From: Minisyncoccota bacterium
GTDB taxonomy: Bacteria; Patescibacteriota; Microgenomatia; UBA1400; PJMF01
DNA: 64,000 nucleotides
Direction: 5' to 3'
Assembly: GCA_009885085.1 (NCBI GenBank)
Contig: VFLK01000009.1
Span: forward strand, 3,810 to 67,809
In this document: positions 8,765-19,469 of the stretch, piece after piece
Layout: each line of letters opens with the position of its first letter
How positions within the stretch are numbered: the stretch's first letter is position 1
The notes under the pieces: model-generated
What the model was told of the DNA's origin: nothing
The model's input: the letters and a program-made list of their open reading frames with translations, nothing else
The model's database searches: none
Program-made: the position numbers and the translations under genes

Positions 8765-10126
8765 ATGAAACCCTTTTTTAAAAATAAAATCATTTTATAT
8801 ATTTCTTTGTTTGTTGTAATCTTTGGTAGTATTGTTTCTTATATTGTTTTCTCAATGGTAAGAATTAATCTTGTCAATTTTAATCAATCGTTATTCATTT
8901 CATTAATCGTGTTTGCTAGCGCATTTTTTTCAGGAATTATCACTATAATATTATTTTCAAAATTAGCAAATAAATTAGTTATTCAGAGACAAAAAATCGA
9001 AAACCAATTTAGTGAACTAAAAAAATTCAAGCTTGCTGTTGAGTATGCTTCAGATCACATTATTATTACTGATCCAGAAGGAATAATTCTTTATGCAAAC
9101 AATGCTGCAGAAACAATAACAGGTTATTCAAAGGAAGAAATGATTGGTAAAAAAGCAGGCAGTAAAGATCTTTGGGGTGGCCAAATGAATTCAAAATTTT
9201 ATAAAAATCTATGGGACACAATAAATCATAAAAAAAAGGTTTTTTCTGGAGAAATAACAAATAAAAGGAAGAATGGTCAAATTTATATATCCTTATCCAA
9301 AATTTCACCGGTATTAAATGGAAAAAATGAAGTAATATTTTTTGTTGGAATTGAGAGAGATATTACTCACGAAAAGGAAGTAGATAAGATGAAAACTGAG
9401 TTTATTTCATTGGCCTCTCATCAATTGAGAACTCCTCTGTCCGCAATGAAATGGTTCTTGGAGATGCTACTTGATGGCGATGCAGGTGAATTGAATAATG
9501 AACAAAAAGAAATGGTTGGGAATATAGATCTGTCTAATCAGAGAATGATCAGCTTAGTTAATGGATTACTAAATGTTTCTAGAATTGAATCGGGAAGAAT
9601 TAGTGTTAAACCTCAGCTCACGGATTTATCTAAATTAGTAAAAGAAATTTTGGTCGGGATGGAGCCAATGATTAAAGAAAAAAATCTGAAACTAGTTGTC
9701 AGTATTCATAAAAAAATGGGAGAAATTTTAATTGACCCAAGTTTGATTCAAGAAGTTTATAGAAATTTAATTACAAATTCTGTAAAGTATTCAAAGCAGG
9801 ATGGAGAAATTACTATATTTCTTTCAAACGACGACAAAAATGTTACGTTTCAAATAAGTGATGAGGGTATGGGTATTCCGCAAAGAGAACAGTCTAAAAT
9901 ATTTGAGAAATTTCATTGAGCAACAAATGCTCAAAAGTCAGTAGCAGATGGATCAGGATTGGGTTTATACTTAGCAAAATCTATAGTAGAATCTTCAAAT
10001 GGTAAGATTTGGTTTGAGAGTGTAGAAGATAAGGGAAGTACTTTTTGGTTCACCTTACCAACTTCTGGTATGAAAGCCAAAAAAGGTGAAGTAAGCCTAG
10101 ATAGATCACAATTAAAAGTTAGCTAA
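8765..10126 (+). pseudogene. Membrane PAS sensor histidine kinase with in-frame TGA at 9917-9919
   Basis: 2 TM, PAS, H-box ASHQLRTP, N-box and G1; the frame continues past the TGA with [23 protein letters not shown]...GSTFWFTLP (G2) to TAA at 10124-10126. Confidence 0.8.
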
Positions 10127-10142
10127 TGAAAGGCAGGAACTT

Positions 10143-10574
10143 ATGTCAGATGAAGTAACAGACAAAAAACGAACTATTTTAGTTGTTGAAGATGATGAGT
10201 TGTTGTCACAGGCAATAGTTAGAAAACTGATTATTACTAATTATGTTCCATATGCAGCTAAAACTCAGGGAGAAGCACTCGATTATTTAGAAAGTATGGA
10301 TCAGCCTATAGATGCAATTTGGTTAGATTACTATTTAGGCATGGATAAGTATTTAGGCGAGTCTACTGGATTAGACCTTCTTCAAAAGATAAAAGCTAAC
10401 GAAAAATGGAAAAATATCCCAGTCGTGGTAGTCAGCAACTCAGCCAGTGACGATAAAATTAAAAGTATGCTATTGCTTGGAGCCAATAAATACGTTCTTA
10501 AGGCTCAAAACAAGCTTGGGGATATCATCAAAACCTTCGACGAGTTTATTGTTGAAGAAAACAAATCTAAATAA
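10143..10574 (+). CDS. Single-domain response regulator (receiver)
   Basis: ILVVEDD, WLD phosphoacceptor, IPVVVVSN and GANKYVLK. Confidence 0.88.
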   Translation: MSDEVTDKKRTILVVEDDELLSQAIVRKLIITNYVPYAAKTQGEALDYLESMDQPIDAIWLDYYLGMDKYLGESTGLDLLQKIKANEKWKNIPVVVVSNSASDDKIKSMLLLGANKYVLKAQNKLGDIIKTFDEFIVEENKSK

Positions 10575-10580
10575 TTAAAC

Positions 10581-11981
10581 TTAGTCTACAAAGCTTAAAG
10601 CAATTCCAGTTTTATTTGCTCTTCCAGTTCTACCAATTCTATGAATATAGTCTTCATATGTTTGTGGTAAGTCGAAATTAATTACGTGAGTCACGTTATC
10701 AATATCTAAACCTCTAGAAGCAATATCCGTTGCCAAAAGTACCTGAATGTAATCTTGTTTAAACTGTTTCAAAGCTCTTTCACGTTGAGATTGTGATTTG
10801 TTGCCATGAATAGCAGCAACTTTAATTCCTCTTTCAACTAGATCTTGAGATAATTTATTCAAGCCATGCTTAGTTCTTCCAAAGACTAAGACTTTGTCAA
10901 AACCTTCTTGATCTAGTAAACCATGTAAAACATCTATCTTTGATCTACCCTGAATTTTAACAATTTCTTGATTAACATTTGTTGAAGCCTGTTGCTTTTC
11001 AACTTCAATTTTTACTGGGTTAGTCAAGAAACTTTGAATAATATCTTGCATTTTGTATGGTAGTGTTGCAGAGAAAAATAAAGAGTGTCTTTTTTGTGGT
11101 AATTTTTCAATCACATATTTCATATCGTTAATGAAGCCCATATCAAACATTTGATCGACCTCATCTAAAACGATAGCTGAAAATGAACTAAAGTTAAACG
11201 TTCCACGTTTTTCTAAATCAATTAATCTTCCTGGAGTTCCAATTATAAAATGTGGACCTCTTCTAAGTGAAGACATTTGACTATTCATATTGGCTCCCCC
11301 AATACAAAGAGCGGAATACATTCCCATTCGGTTTGCAAAAAGTTTGAACTCATCATTAATTTGAACAGCCAATTCTCTAGTTGGAGCCATAATCAAAACT
11401 CTACCCAATTTTTGATCTTTGTCTTGAATAGTTTCAAAGACATTATTAATTAATGGTATTAAAAAAGCAGCAGTTTTGCCGGTGCCTGTACTTGCAACAC
11501 CAGTTACGTCTCTGCCTTCTAAAATAAGATTAATTATTTGATCTTGAATTGGAGTAGGGGTTTCATAACCTCTTTCAATGATATTTTGCTTCAATGGTTC
11601 GCAAATCTTAAAATCGACAAATTTATTTTTTGATACATAGGCAACTTTTGCTGGTTCGTTAACGGCCACAATTGCTGCATTTTGAATTAAGTTAGATGGA
11701 TTAAATGAACTTTGTTGTCTTGAGCGTCCTCCTCTTGAAAAGTGATTGCCACCTCCACGAGAGTTGCCTCCACGACTTGAGTTATTAACTCCACCTCCAC
11801 GACTTGAGTTATTGTCGCCACCGCCACGATGACTATCTCCGCTTGAGCTACCTCCACGGGCACTGAAACCACGGCTACTGCCATGACTTCCGCCACTTCG
11901 GCTACTTCCACCACGAGAATTGTTACCACCAAATTTATGGCTTGAGTTCGATGAAGAACTCTTTGAGAATGAACTATACAT
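10581..11981 (-). CDS. DEAD-box RNA helicase with G/S/R-rich N-terminus
   Basis: Q motif, TGTGKT, PTRELA, TPGR, DEVD, SAT and HRIGRTGR. Confidence 0.95.
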   Translation of the reverse strand: MYSSFSKSSSSNSSHKFGGNNSRGGSSRSGGSHGSSRGFSARGGSSSGDSHRGGGDNNSSRGGGVNNSSRGGNSRGGGNHFSRGGRSRQQSSFNPSNLIQNAAIVAVNEPAKVAYVSKNKFVDFKICEPLKQNIIERGYETPTPIQDQIINLILEGRDVTGVASTGTGKTAAFLIPLINNVFETIQDKDQKLGRVLIMAPTRELAVQINDEFKLFANRMGMYSALCIGGANMNSQMSSLRRGPHFIIGTPGRLIDLEKRGTFNFSSFSAIVLDEVDQMFDMGFINDMKYVIEKLPQKRHSLFFSATLPYKMQDIIQSFLTNPVKIEVEKQQASTNVNQEIVKIQGRSKIDVLHGLLDQEGFDKVLVFGRTKHGLNKLSQDLVERGIKVAAIHGNKSQSQRERALKQFKQDYIQVLLATDIASRGLDIDNVTHVINFDLPQTYEDYIHRIGRTGRANKTGIALSFVD

Positions 11982-12131
11982 ACTACTGCTTTCTTTGTCT
12001 TAACCTTGACGTGTTTATAATTTAAAGGTTAAAGACAAGAAGCAAAATTTTGGAAAATTGAAATTGAAATTCAAAGATCTACGCTAGCTTAAACCCATTG
12101 GTTATTTCTTAAATTTAATTAAGAAGTAAGT

Positions 12132-12160
12132 AGTATAACATATTGTCACTATAACTGCAA
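12132..12160 (-). promoter_or_regulatory. Promoter of the DEAD-box helicase (TTGCAG-17bp-TATACT, extended TG)
   Basis: Minus-strand -35 at 12160-12155 and -10 at 12137-12132. Confidence 0.55.
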
Positions 12161-12161
12161 G

Positions 12162-12863
12162 TTATAAGATGTGGGGCAAAGCACTGGGATTAAAAAGAAG
12201 CCACTGTTTTATAAACTCAAATTTAAATAGTTCTCTTTGAAATTGGACAGTTTTTTTCAGGGCAATTTTTTGTGACCACTTATCTAACTTAATATGATTC
12301 TTGGAATAGAAAGGAATCCAAAATGTTTTTTTCTTATTTTTAAGTAGATAACTGTTGATGGCAAACTCGACTTCATAGTTAGCAGGATTATTTTTAAATA
12401 CGTTAATCAAGTCAGAGGTTTTCAAAATTCTTTCTCCAGAAACAATAAGATCGTGTCTTAGAATTTTTGAGATTAACGGATCATTAGATTGGCGTAAAAT
12501 TAAGGCGTCAATTTGAGGATCATTTGAAACTGAATCTAGCGCATTTTCTATAGATTCTGAAGTAAATGAGTTTAAATCAGCATCAAATAACAGGACATGC
12601 GATGTTTTCACTTGATTGAGACCATATTCGATTGCCGAAGATTTTCCTGCATTAATCTTATAGCCAACCACTTTTATTTTTTTATTTTGAGCAAACGCTC
12701 GAGAAATTATTTTAACTGTATTATCAGTCGAACCATCATCTATACAAATAATTGATTCAAGTTTTCCAGAGTCAACTAAAACATTAAGTTTTTTCAGTAC
12801 ACTGACTAGTCGCCAGTTTTCATTGAAAAATGGAATTAAGCAGGTAAATTGGATTTTTTGCAT
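12162..12863 (-). CDS. Glycosyltransferase family 2
   Basis: LIPFFNE, IDDGSTD, NAGKS and FDADL motifs. Confidence 0.88.
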   Translation of the reverse strand: MQKIQFTCLIPFFNENWRLVSVLKKLNVLVDSGKLESIICIDDGSTDNTVKIISRAFAQNKKIKVVGYKINAGKSSAIEYGLNQVKTSHVLLFDADLNSFTSESIENALDSVSNDPQIDALILRQSNDPLISKILRHDLIVSGERILKTSDLINVFKNNPANYEVEFAINSYLLKNKKKTFWIPFYSKNHIKLDKWSQKIALKKTVQFQRELFKFEFIKQWLLFNPSALPHIL

Positions 12864-12875
12864 AATATTAATTCT

Positions 12876-13358
12876 TCAAGTTGAGTTTTTTAAAGTGAGA
12901 TTTTTAAAAAACTCTGAAACTTCTTGAGCATGATTTTCTGCTTTAACTTTTGGCCATACCTTGATAATCTTTCCATTTTTGTCTAGGACAAAAGTTATTC
13001 TTAAGATACCTTGATAAATCTTTCCAAACATTGATTTTTCTCCGATAGCACCAAAAGCAGTAATGAGCTTTCTGTCTTGATCTGACCATAGAGGAAAGTT
13101 TAGTTCGTGTCTATCACTGAATTTTATGTGAGATTCTGGAGAATCTCCACTAATTCCAATAATTTGTATTCCAAGATTTTTTAGATCCTTGTTAAAATCT
13201 CTAAAACTACAAGCCTCTTTAGTGCAACCTGGAGTGTTATCTTTTGGATAGAAGTAAACAACTGTTGGCTTACCCAGTAATTCAGACAATGAAACAGGAT
13301 TTTGGTTTTGATCTAGCACTTTTGTATCTAGTGGTGCAATTTCTCCGACTTTAAGCAT
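12876..13358 (-). CDS. bcp: Peroxiredoxin Bcp
   Basis: YFYPKDNTPGCTKEACSFRD. Confidence 0.93.
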   Translation of the reverse strand: MLKVGEIAPLDTKVLDQNQNPVSLSELLGKPTVVYFYPKDNTPGCTKEACSFRDFNKDLKNLGIQIIGISGDSPESHIKFSDRHELNFPLWSDQDRKLITAFGAIGEKSMFGKIYQGILRITFVLDKNGKIIKVWPKVKAENHAQEVSEFFKNLTLKNST

Positions 13359-13394
13359 ATCTTTTCCTCTTTTTTATATATAAAATAAGTGTAT

Positions 13395-15428
13395 ATGTCA
13401 AAACTATTTAAAGCTAGTTTGTTTGTATTTGTTATCTTCTCAATTATTTTCATACCCTCAAAAGCCTGGGCAAAATCATATTCGATTGATCAAGTTCAGA
13501 TAGAAGCTGAAGTTTTCGAAGATGGATTAATGAGCGTTAAAGAAAAGAGAGACTATAATTTTTCTGGTGATTATTCGTATGCGTATGAGTATATTTATAA
13601 ATTTCCAGATCAAGAAAAAAGTCCTGGAAGAACTACTCCATACTTATTAAATAATTTCAAAATCTGCGAAACCGGTGGAGTCAAAAATAATTGTTATCAG
13701 GAATTAACAGATTCTCAAATTGATTTGGAAAATCCGAAGAATAATCCTGTCAATAGTTTTTTTGTTGCTGATCAAGGCACTAGATATTATATTCAGTGGA
13801 ATTATTCGGCTCAAAACGAAGTGAAATATTTTGAGATTTCTTATGATGTTACCAATGCGGTAACACTTCATGCGGATGTTGCCGAACTTTATTGGCAGTT
13901 TATTGGATCTCAGTGGGAGATGCCTCAAAAAAACATTCTAGTAAATCTGAGTTTTTCAAATTCAATTAATGGAAACGATTTAAAGGCATGGGCTCACGGA
14001 CCGCTTGAAGGTGAGGTTGCAATATCTGAGTCAGTTAATGAGCCAAAAGTTACTTTTAAGGTGCCGGGAACTGTAATTGGAGAATTTGTTGAGGCCAGAA
14101 TTCTAATGCCAAAAGAATATTTTTCTGATGGAGCAACTGGAAACAGTGATAGAGCAACAATTCAAGGTCAGGAAGAAACTTTTATTAAAGAGACGATTGA
14201 TAGTAAGAAAAAAACCGCAGTATTACAAATTCTTTTTTTTGTGATAATTTTGGGAATTTTTGCATTGATAGTTTATAAATTTATTAAGCAAGTTAATTTA
14301 TTCTTAAAATATGGAAAGGATGATCCACTTCCAACAGTAAATGCGCCTGGAACTCTTTGGGAACCACCAAGCGATATTGATCCAGCTCAAATAGAGCAAC
14401 TTATATCTGGAACCAAAAACATAACTCCAAAGGCATTTACAGCAACTGTTCTATCGTTGGTTCAAGACAGATATTTTAAGTTTGTAAGAAGTGATCAAAA
14501 AGAGGGTTTATTCACTAAAAATTATAAATACTATCTAGAACCTTTTAATCAGAAACAGTCATATTTAATTCAACCAGTTAAAACAATTTCTTCAGTTCAG
14601 CAAGAAGTCATGCGTTTTTTGTTAGAGAAAGTTGGTTTAAAGAAAGTGACTGTTGAGGGCAAAGAAAGAGATGTTATTTCATTAGATGCAATTGTTTCAT
14701 GGTCAAAGAATCATCAAATCGAAAGTCAGACATTTTTTAAATCTTTGAAAGAAACTACCTTTAAAGAGAATCTTTTAGAGGGCTATTTTAATCAAGAGTC
14801 TCATAAAAATAAAACTAAAGTAAATGGCGGAATCGTAATTGGACTAAGTATTTTGTTACTACTTTTTTCTTTCGCGGTGATCCCAGCAATTTTTAGTACT
14901 TTTAGTAGCGATTTAAGTTATATGTCTATTGCAGTTGCGAGTGGTCTTTTTGGATTTGTAGGAATGGTTTTGGGAATAATTCTTGCGATTATAGGTGAGT
15001 TTGGAGAAAAACGAACACCTAAGGGAAGTGAGGAGGCTGCGGAGTGGTTGGCTTTTGGCAAACATATGCGTAATTACAAAAAGACTGCTAAGTATGAGAT
15101 TGATTCAATAGTTATTTGGGAGAAGTATTTGGTTTATGGAACTTTACTTGGGGTCTCGGCAAAAGCTTTGTCACAGTTACCAATTAAGTTTACTCAGGCT
15201 GATGCCATGATTGTTTCTTCTTATTGGGGCGGAAGAACATTGTCTACTAGTGGATCAGTTGCTGGATTGAATGATTTGTCCTCGGCTATAAATAGTGTAA
15301 CTACGGCGATATCTAGTATTAATCAATCTGCCACAAGTAGCTATGGAGCTTCCGGTTCCGGTTCATCCGGAGGGTTTTCTGGAGGTGGAGGAGGCGGTGG
15401 AGGTGGAGGAGGCGGTGGAGCTGGCTGA
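13395..15428 (+). CDS. DUF2207 family membrane protein
   Basis: Signal peptide, ELYWQFIG, AWAHGP, WEKYLVYG and Gly-rich tail GGFSGGGGGGG. Confidence 0.88.
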   Translation: MSKLFKASLFVFVIFSIIFIPSKAWAKSYSIDQVQIEAEVFEDGLMSVKEKRDYNFSGDYSYAYEYIYKFPDQEKSPGRTTPYLLNNFKICETGGVKNNCYQELTDSQIDLENPKNNPVNSFFVADQGTRYYIQWNYSAQNEVKYFEISYDVTNAVTLHADVAELYWQFIGSQWEMPQKNILVNLSFSNSINGNDLKAWAHGPLEGEVAISESVNEPKVTFKVPGTVIGEFVEARILMPKEYFSDGATGNSDRATIQGQEETFIKETIDSKKKTAVLQILFFVIILGIFALIVYKFIKQVNLFLKYGKDDPLPTVNAPGTLWEPPSDIDPAQIEQLISGTKNITPKAFTATVLSLVQDRYFKFVRSDQKEGLFTKNYKYYLEPFNQKQSYLIQPVKTISSVQQEVMRFLLEKVGLKKVTVEGKERDVISLDAIVSWSKNHQIESQTFFKSLKETTFKENLLEGYFNQESHKNKTKVNGGIVIGLSILLLLFSFAVIPAIFSTFSSDLSYMSIAVASGLFGFVGMVLGIILAIIGEFGEKRTPKGSEEAAEWLAFGKHMRNYKKTAKYEIDSIVIWEKYLVYGTLLGVSAKALSQLPIKFTQADAMIVSSYWGGRTLSTSGSVAGLNDLSSAINSVTTAISSINQSATSSYGASGSGSSGGFSGGGGGGGGGGGGGAG

Positions 15429-15486
15429 TCTTATCTTTTCTCAAAAATCAAAGCATGCCGAAATAGATGTAGTAGAATACTAGAAT

Positions 15487-16365
15487 ATGACACAAACAAA
15501 AATTAAACGCGCAATAATTACTGCCGCAGGATTTGGATCAAGATTTTTACCAATTACCAAAAGTATTCCCAAAGAAATGTTGCCAATAATTGATAAGCCA
15601 ATTATTCAATATTTAGTTGAAGAATGCGGTGAAGCTGGACTTGAAGAAGTAATAATAGTTGCTTTGCCTGAAGAAGTTACAAAGTTTGAGGGTTACTTTT
15701 ATGGTTCAGCCACAAACATTAGAACCTTGATGATTAGACAGAATAAACTTGATCGTTGGGATAAAGTAGAAAAGGTCTTTAATCTTCCAAAAGTAACTAT
15801 TTTGCCTCAAGATAACAGTTTGCCATATGGAAATGGAAGACCAATTTTGTCTGCCAAAAATTTAGTCGAAAATGATGAAGCATTTGTAGTTATGTGGGGC
15901 GATGACCTTGTGTTAAGCGAAGTGAGTGCGGTAAAGCAAATTGTTGATGAATATAATGCTAAGCCCTGTGATGGTATTTTGGCTGTTCAGCGAGTTTCAG
16001 ATGAAGAGCTGGTTAGATATGCGGCTGTCAAACTTAAAGAAGGAACTACTGATCAAATTGAAACATTAATAGAAAAACCAAAACTTGAAGATGCGCCATC
16101 AAACATGGTTTCATATGGAAGATTTATTTTGACTCCAAAAATATTTGATTATTTAAAACCGGAAGCCATTGGATTAGATAACGAACTTTGGCTTCAGGAT
16201 GCAAATGACAAAGTTTCAAAAAATGGCGTGGTCAGAGTTTTTGAAGTTGATGGTGAATGGATGACGACAGGCGATCCAATTAGATACATGCAATCTCATA
16301 TTAAATTCATGCTTAAGGATAAAGAGTATGGAACTCAATTAGCAAAATTTATAAAAACTTTGTAG
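15487..16365 (+). CDS. galU: UTP--glucose-1-phosphate uridylyltransferase
   Basis: AAGFGSRFLPITKSIPKEMLPIIDKP and IEKP motifs. Confidence 0.85.
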   Translation: MTQTKIKRAIITAAGFGSRFLPITKSIPKEMLPIIDKPIIQYLVEECGEAGLEEVIIVALPEEVTKFEGYFYGSATNIRTLMIRQNKLDRWDKVEKVFNLPKVTILPQDNSLPYGNGRPILSAKNLVENDEAFVVMWGDDLVLSEVSAVKQIVDEYNAKPCDGILAVQRVSDEELVRYAAVKLKEGTTDQIETLIEKPKLEDAPSNMVSYGRFILTPKIFDYLKPEAIGLDNELWLQDANDKVSKNGVVRVFEVDGEWMTTGDPIRYMQSHIKFMLKDKEYGTQLAKFIKTL

Positions 16366-16367
16366 GT

Positions 16368-17498
16368 TTATTTTTCTAGTTCTGCTTGAACAAAATTTCT
16401 AGATTCAGCCCAGTTATTTGCTCCAGATCTTGGTACGATAACGTATTGTCCAGAGCTAGATTTAGATGAAGTGAAAACATTGGCTGTGCTAAGCGTGATA
16501 TTGATAATTTTATAATCTTTGGCTTCTAGTAACCTTGGAGCTAGTTGTTTAATAGAATCGATAGTTAGGTTTGTGTCTGTATGAGCGATCATTTGTTTGA
16601 AAAATCCTGGAATATTTTTGAGGGCTTCTAACTCAAAAAGTCTGTCTTTGATTCCAAGAAGCAATGCTTGTTGTCGTTGGCTTCTGTCAAAATCTCCTCC
16701 AGCAGAACCATGACGTGATCTAACATAGGCTAGAGAATCACCACCATCCATGATATTAATTCCTTTGTCGAAGTGAATATGCTCATATCTACACTCAAAC
16801 TTTTGTTCAAGCTGAAAACCTGATAGTTGTGAACTTAAACTCGCAACTTCTTCAGGACTTTTGCCACAAATATCCTGTTCTTTTCCTCCGATTGGATACC
16901 ATGGGTCGTCTAAAGTTTCGGGAACATCTACTTTGATATTTTTTAGTTCATAACCAATTGCTCTTTTAAAACCATTGAAATCTATTGAAATAAACCTATC
17001 AATTTTTAGACCAGTTACCGCTGAAACCATTTGCGCGCTCACACCAGCTCCTGAGATAATTGGGTCTTTTTTGTCGCCCAAGCTGAAAGCTTGATTGATT
17101 TTACTACTTGTTCCATTTGGCAGGGTTATCCATAAATCTCTTGGAATAGAGATGAAGGCAACTTTTGAATTTTCAAAATCAAGGTGAACGACTTGAATGA
17201 CATCAGTTAGAAATCCACCGCTATGTCCTGCACCACCATACCCTAGAAGCAAAATATTTAGTGAATTTTCATCATTTGCGAGGGTTTCATCAAATTCATA
17301 TGTTTCATCTTGAACCGCCAAAACTTTTTGCTCGTTATCTATTGTTTCAAAGCTTTCTTGTTTTTGACCTGATAAATAGGTATAGGTTGTTACAGTCGAA
17401 GCTAAAATGAGGATCAAACCTAAAAGAAACAAAGTTTTTGATTGCTTATTTTTGAAAATAGAATTTCTTAATTTATTAAGAACTAATTTTAACTTCAT
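16368..17498 (-). CDS. LytR-CpsA-Psr (LCP) family protein
   Basis: N-terminal TM, NILLLG, ISIPRDLW, KINQA and YVRSRH...DFDRSQRQQ; start uncertain. Confidence 0.88.
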   Translation of the reverse strand: MKLKLVLNKLRNSIFKNKQSKTLFLLGLILILASTVTTYTYLSGQKQESFETIDNEQKVLAVQDETYEFDETLANDENSLNILLLGYGGAGHSGGFLTDVIQVVHLDFENSKVAFISIPRDLWITLPNGTSSKINQAFSLGDKKDPIISGAGVSAQMVSAVTGLKIDRFISIDFNGFKRAIGYELKNIKVDVPETLDDPWYPIGGKEQDICGKSPEEVASLSSQLSGFQLEQKFECRYEHIHFDKGINIMDGGDSLAYVRSRHGSAGGDFDRSQRQQALLLGIKDRLFELEALKNIPGFFKQMIAHTDTNLTIDSIKQLAPRLLEAKDYKIINITLSTANVFTSSKSSSGQYVIVPRSGANNWAESRNFVQAELEK

Positions 17499-17606
17499 CT
17501 TTCTATATTCTACATTAGACTTGGTTAAAATTGAGTATAATTTTATTTTGTCCAAGACCATTAGATTTCTCAGCAAATTCAAAGAAACTTGACTATAATA
17601 TAGTTA

Positions 17607-18290
17607 ATGAAAATACTTGTTGTTGAGGATGATCATAAAATTTCAAGTTCGATAAAACGGGGATTAGAACAAGAGGCCTTTGCAGTTGATACTGCTTTCA
17701 ATGGAGAGGCTGGGTATGATTTGGCCATTTCTGAAAATTATGATGTAATTATTTTGGACATAATGTTGCCACTAATGGATGGAATTGAAGTTTGCAAAAG
17801 GTTAAGAGAAGAAAAAATTTCTACTCCAGTTTTGATGCTGACTGCAAAGTCCCAAGTTTCTGATAAAATTTTGGGATTAAACACTGGGGCAGATGACTAT
17901 TTATCTAAACCTTTTTCTTTTGATGAGTTAGTTGCCAGAATTAGAGCTCTAAGTAGAAGACCGAGATCTACGGTTAATAATATTTTGGAACTTGCTGATT
18001 TAAAATTGGATCAAAATCGGTTTATAGTCGAAAGAAATGGACAGCAAATTACACTTTCAAAAAAGGAATTTTCACTTTTAGAATTTTTGATGAAAAATAA
18101 GAATAACGTACTTACTAAGGAACAAATTATTAGTAATGTATGGAATTTTGATGCAGATATTTTGCCAAATACTGTTGAGGTATATATTGGTTATTTAAGA
18201 AACAAAATTGACAAACCATTTAAAGGAAAACAACAGCTGTTAAAAACTGTTAGGGGTTTTGGGTATAAAATTTCAGAAAATAAAAAATAG
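17607..18290 (+). CDS. OmpR/PhoB family DNA-binding response regulator
   Basis: Receiver plus winged helix (NTVEVYIGYLRNKI, KTVRGFGY). Confidence 0.95.
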   Translation: MKILVVEDDHKISSSIKRGLEQEAFAVDTAFNGEAGYDLAISENYDVIILDIMLPLMDGIEVCKRLREEKISTPVLMLTAKSQVSDKILGLNTGADDYLSKPFSFDELVARIRALSRRPRSTVNNILELADLKLDQNRFIVERNGQQITLSKKEFSLLEFLMKNKNNVLTKEQIISNVWNFDADILPNTVEVYIGYLRNKIDKPFKGKQQLLKTVRGFGYKISENKK

Positions 18291-18296
18291 GTGCAT

Positions 18297-19343
18297 ATGA
18301 AAGTTTTTGAACTTACAAGAATTAGAATAACCCTCTGGTATGTATTGATAGTCATGTCCATTAGTGTAATGTTCAGTGCTGTTATCTATCGGGGTGTAAT
18401 TGGTAATATTGAGTCTTCATTTAAAAATGCTGAGATTAGGTTTGAGAAGAATGAAGGCATGATGTCTCTAAGAAAGATAGCTGAGGTCAAAAATTCAAAC
18501 GTTGAAGTTACAAGAGAAGTTTTACACGGATTATTTCTAGAAGAATTGAATAATTCTAGAAAAAATATTTTATTTTTATTGCTTGTTGTTAATTTAGTGA
18601 TCCTAATTTTATCATCTCTGGTTAGCTATTTATTGGCTGGCAAAACCTTATTGCCAATTGAAGAAATTATTAAAGAACAAAAACGTTTTATCGCTGATGC
18701 TTCACATGAATTAAAAACTCCACTTACTTCATTGAAAACATCTATAGAGGTTTCTATCAGAAGCGGGAAACTTCCAAAAGATATTCAAAAATTATTTCAA
18801 TATAATTTAGAGGATGTAGACGCTCTTAATGAATTAATTGACAAACTCCTAAATCTTTCTAGTTTGGAGAGCAAAGAACCAGTTTTTGATCACCTTGATA
18901 TCAAGGAAGCGATTGAGACAGCATTCAGAAGAGTTAAATATCTTGCTGATGAAAAAAAAGTATCGATAAATATTGATACTAAAAACTATCAGTTAGTCGG
19001 AGATATTTTTTCGCTCACAGAATTATTTACAATTTTGTTTGATAATGGAATTAAGTATTGTAAGCAAGGTGGGGTAATTGATCTAAAAGTTAAGCCTTGC
19101 AAAAATCATCTTGTTATTATTGTTCGAGATACCGGAATTGGAATAAACAAAAAGTACTTGCCAAATATATTTGACCGTTTTTATCGAATCGATTCATCTA
19201 GAACTTCTAGTACTAAATCGGGATATGGCCTTGGGCTTTCAATGGCCAAAAAGATAGTCGAAAATCACAATGGTAATATCTCAGTTTCAAGTGAGATCAC
19301 CAAAGGAACTACTTTTACAATTAAATTGCCACTCAAACAATAG
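18297..19343 (+). CDS. Sensor histidine kinase
   Basis: 2 TM, DASHELKTP, DNGIKY, DTGIG and GYGLGL. Confidence 0.93.
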   Translation: MKVFELTRIRITLWYVLIVMSISVMFSAVIYRGVIGNIESSFKNAEIRFEKNEGMMSLRKIAEVKNSNVEVTREVLHGLFLEELNNSRKNILFLLLVVNLVILILSSLVSYLLAGKTLLPIEEIIKEQKRFIADASHELKTPLTSLKTSIEVSIRSGKLPKDIQKLFQYNLEDVDALNELIDKLLNLSSLESKEPVFDHLDIKEAIETAFRRVKYLADEKKVSINIDTKNYQLVGDIFSLTELFTILFDNGIKYCKQGGVIDLKVKPCKNHLVIIVRDTGIGINKKYLPNIFDRFYRIDSSRTSSTKSGYGLGLSMAKKIVENHNGNISVSSEITKGTTFTIKLPLKQ

Positions 19344-19469
19344 TGCGTTTATAAACCTAAATAACAACTTACAATTTTTTCATTTTTTTTAAGCTAATTC
19401 TCAGAAAAATTTCATATATTAACTACAGTATTAATTAATTATAAATTAGCTATTTTAAGGAACAAAAAT

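Noticed and set aside
9917-9919. TGA recoding (genetic code 25 or selenocysteine)
   Set aside because: The aligned residue is Arg, not Gly or Cys. TGA ends many intact genes here (2075, 26762, 46215, 63457), and long core genes have no internal TGA.
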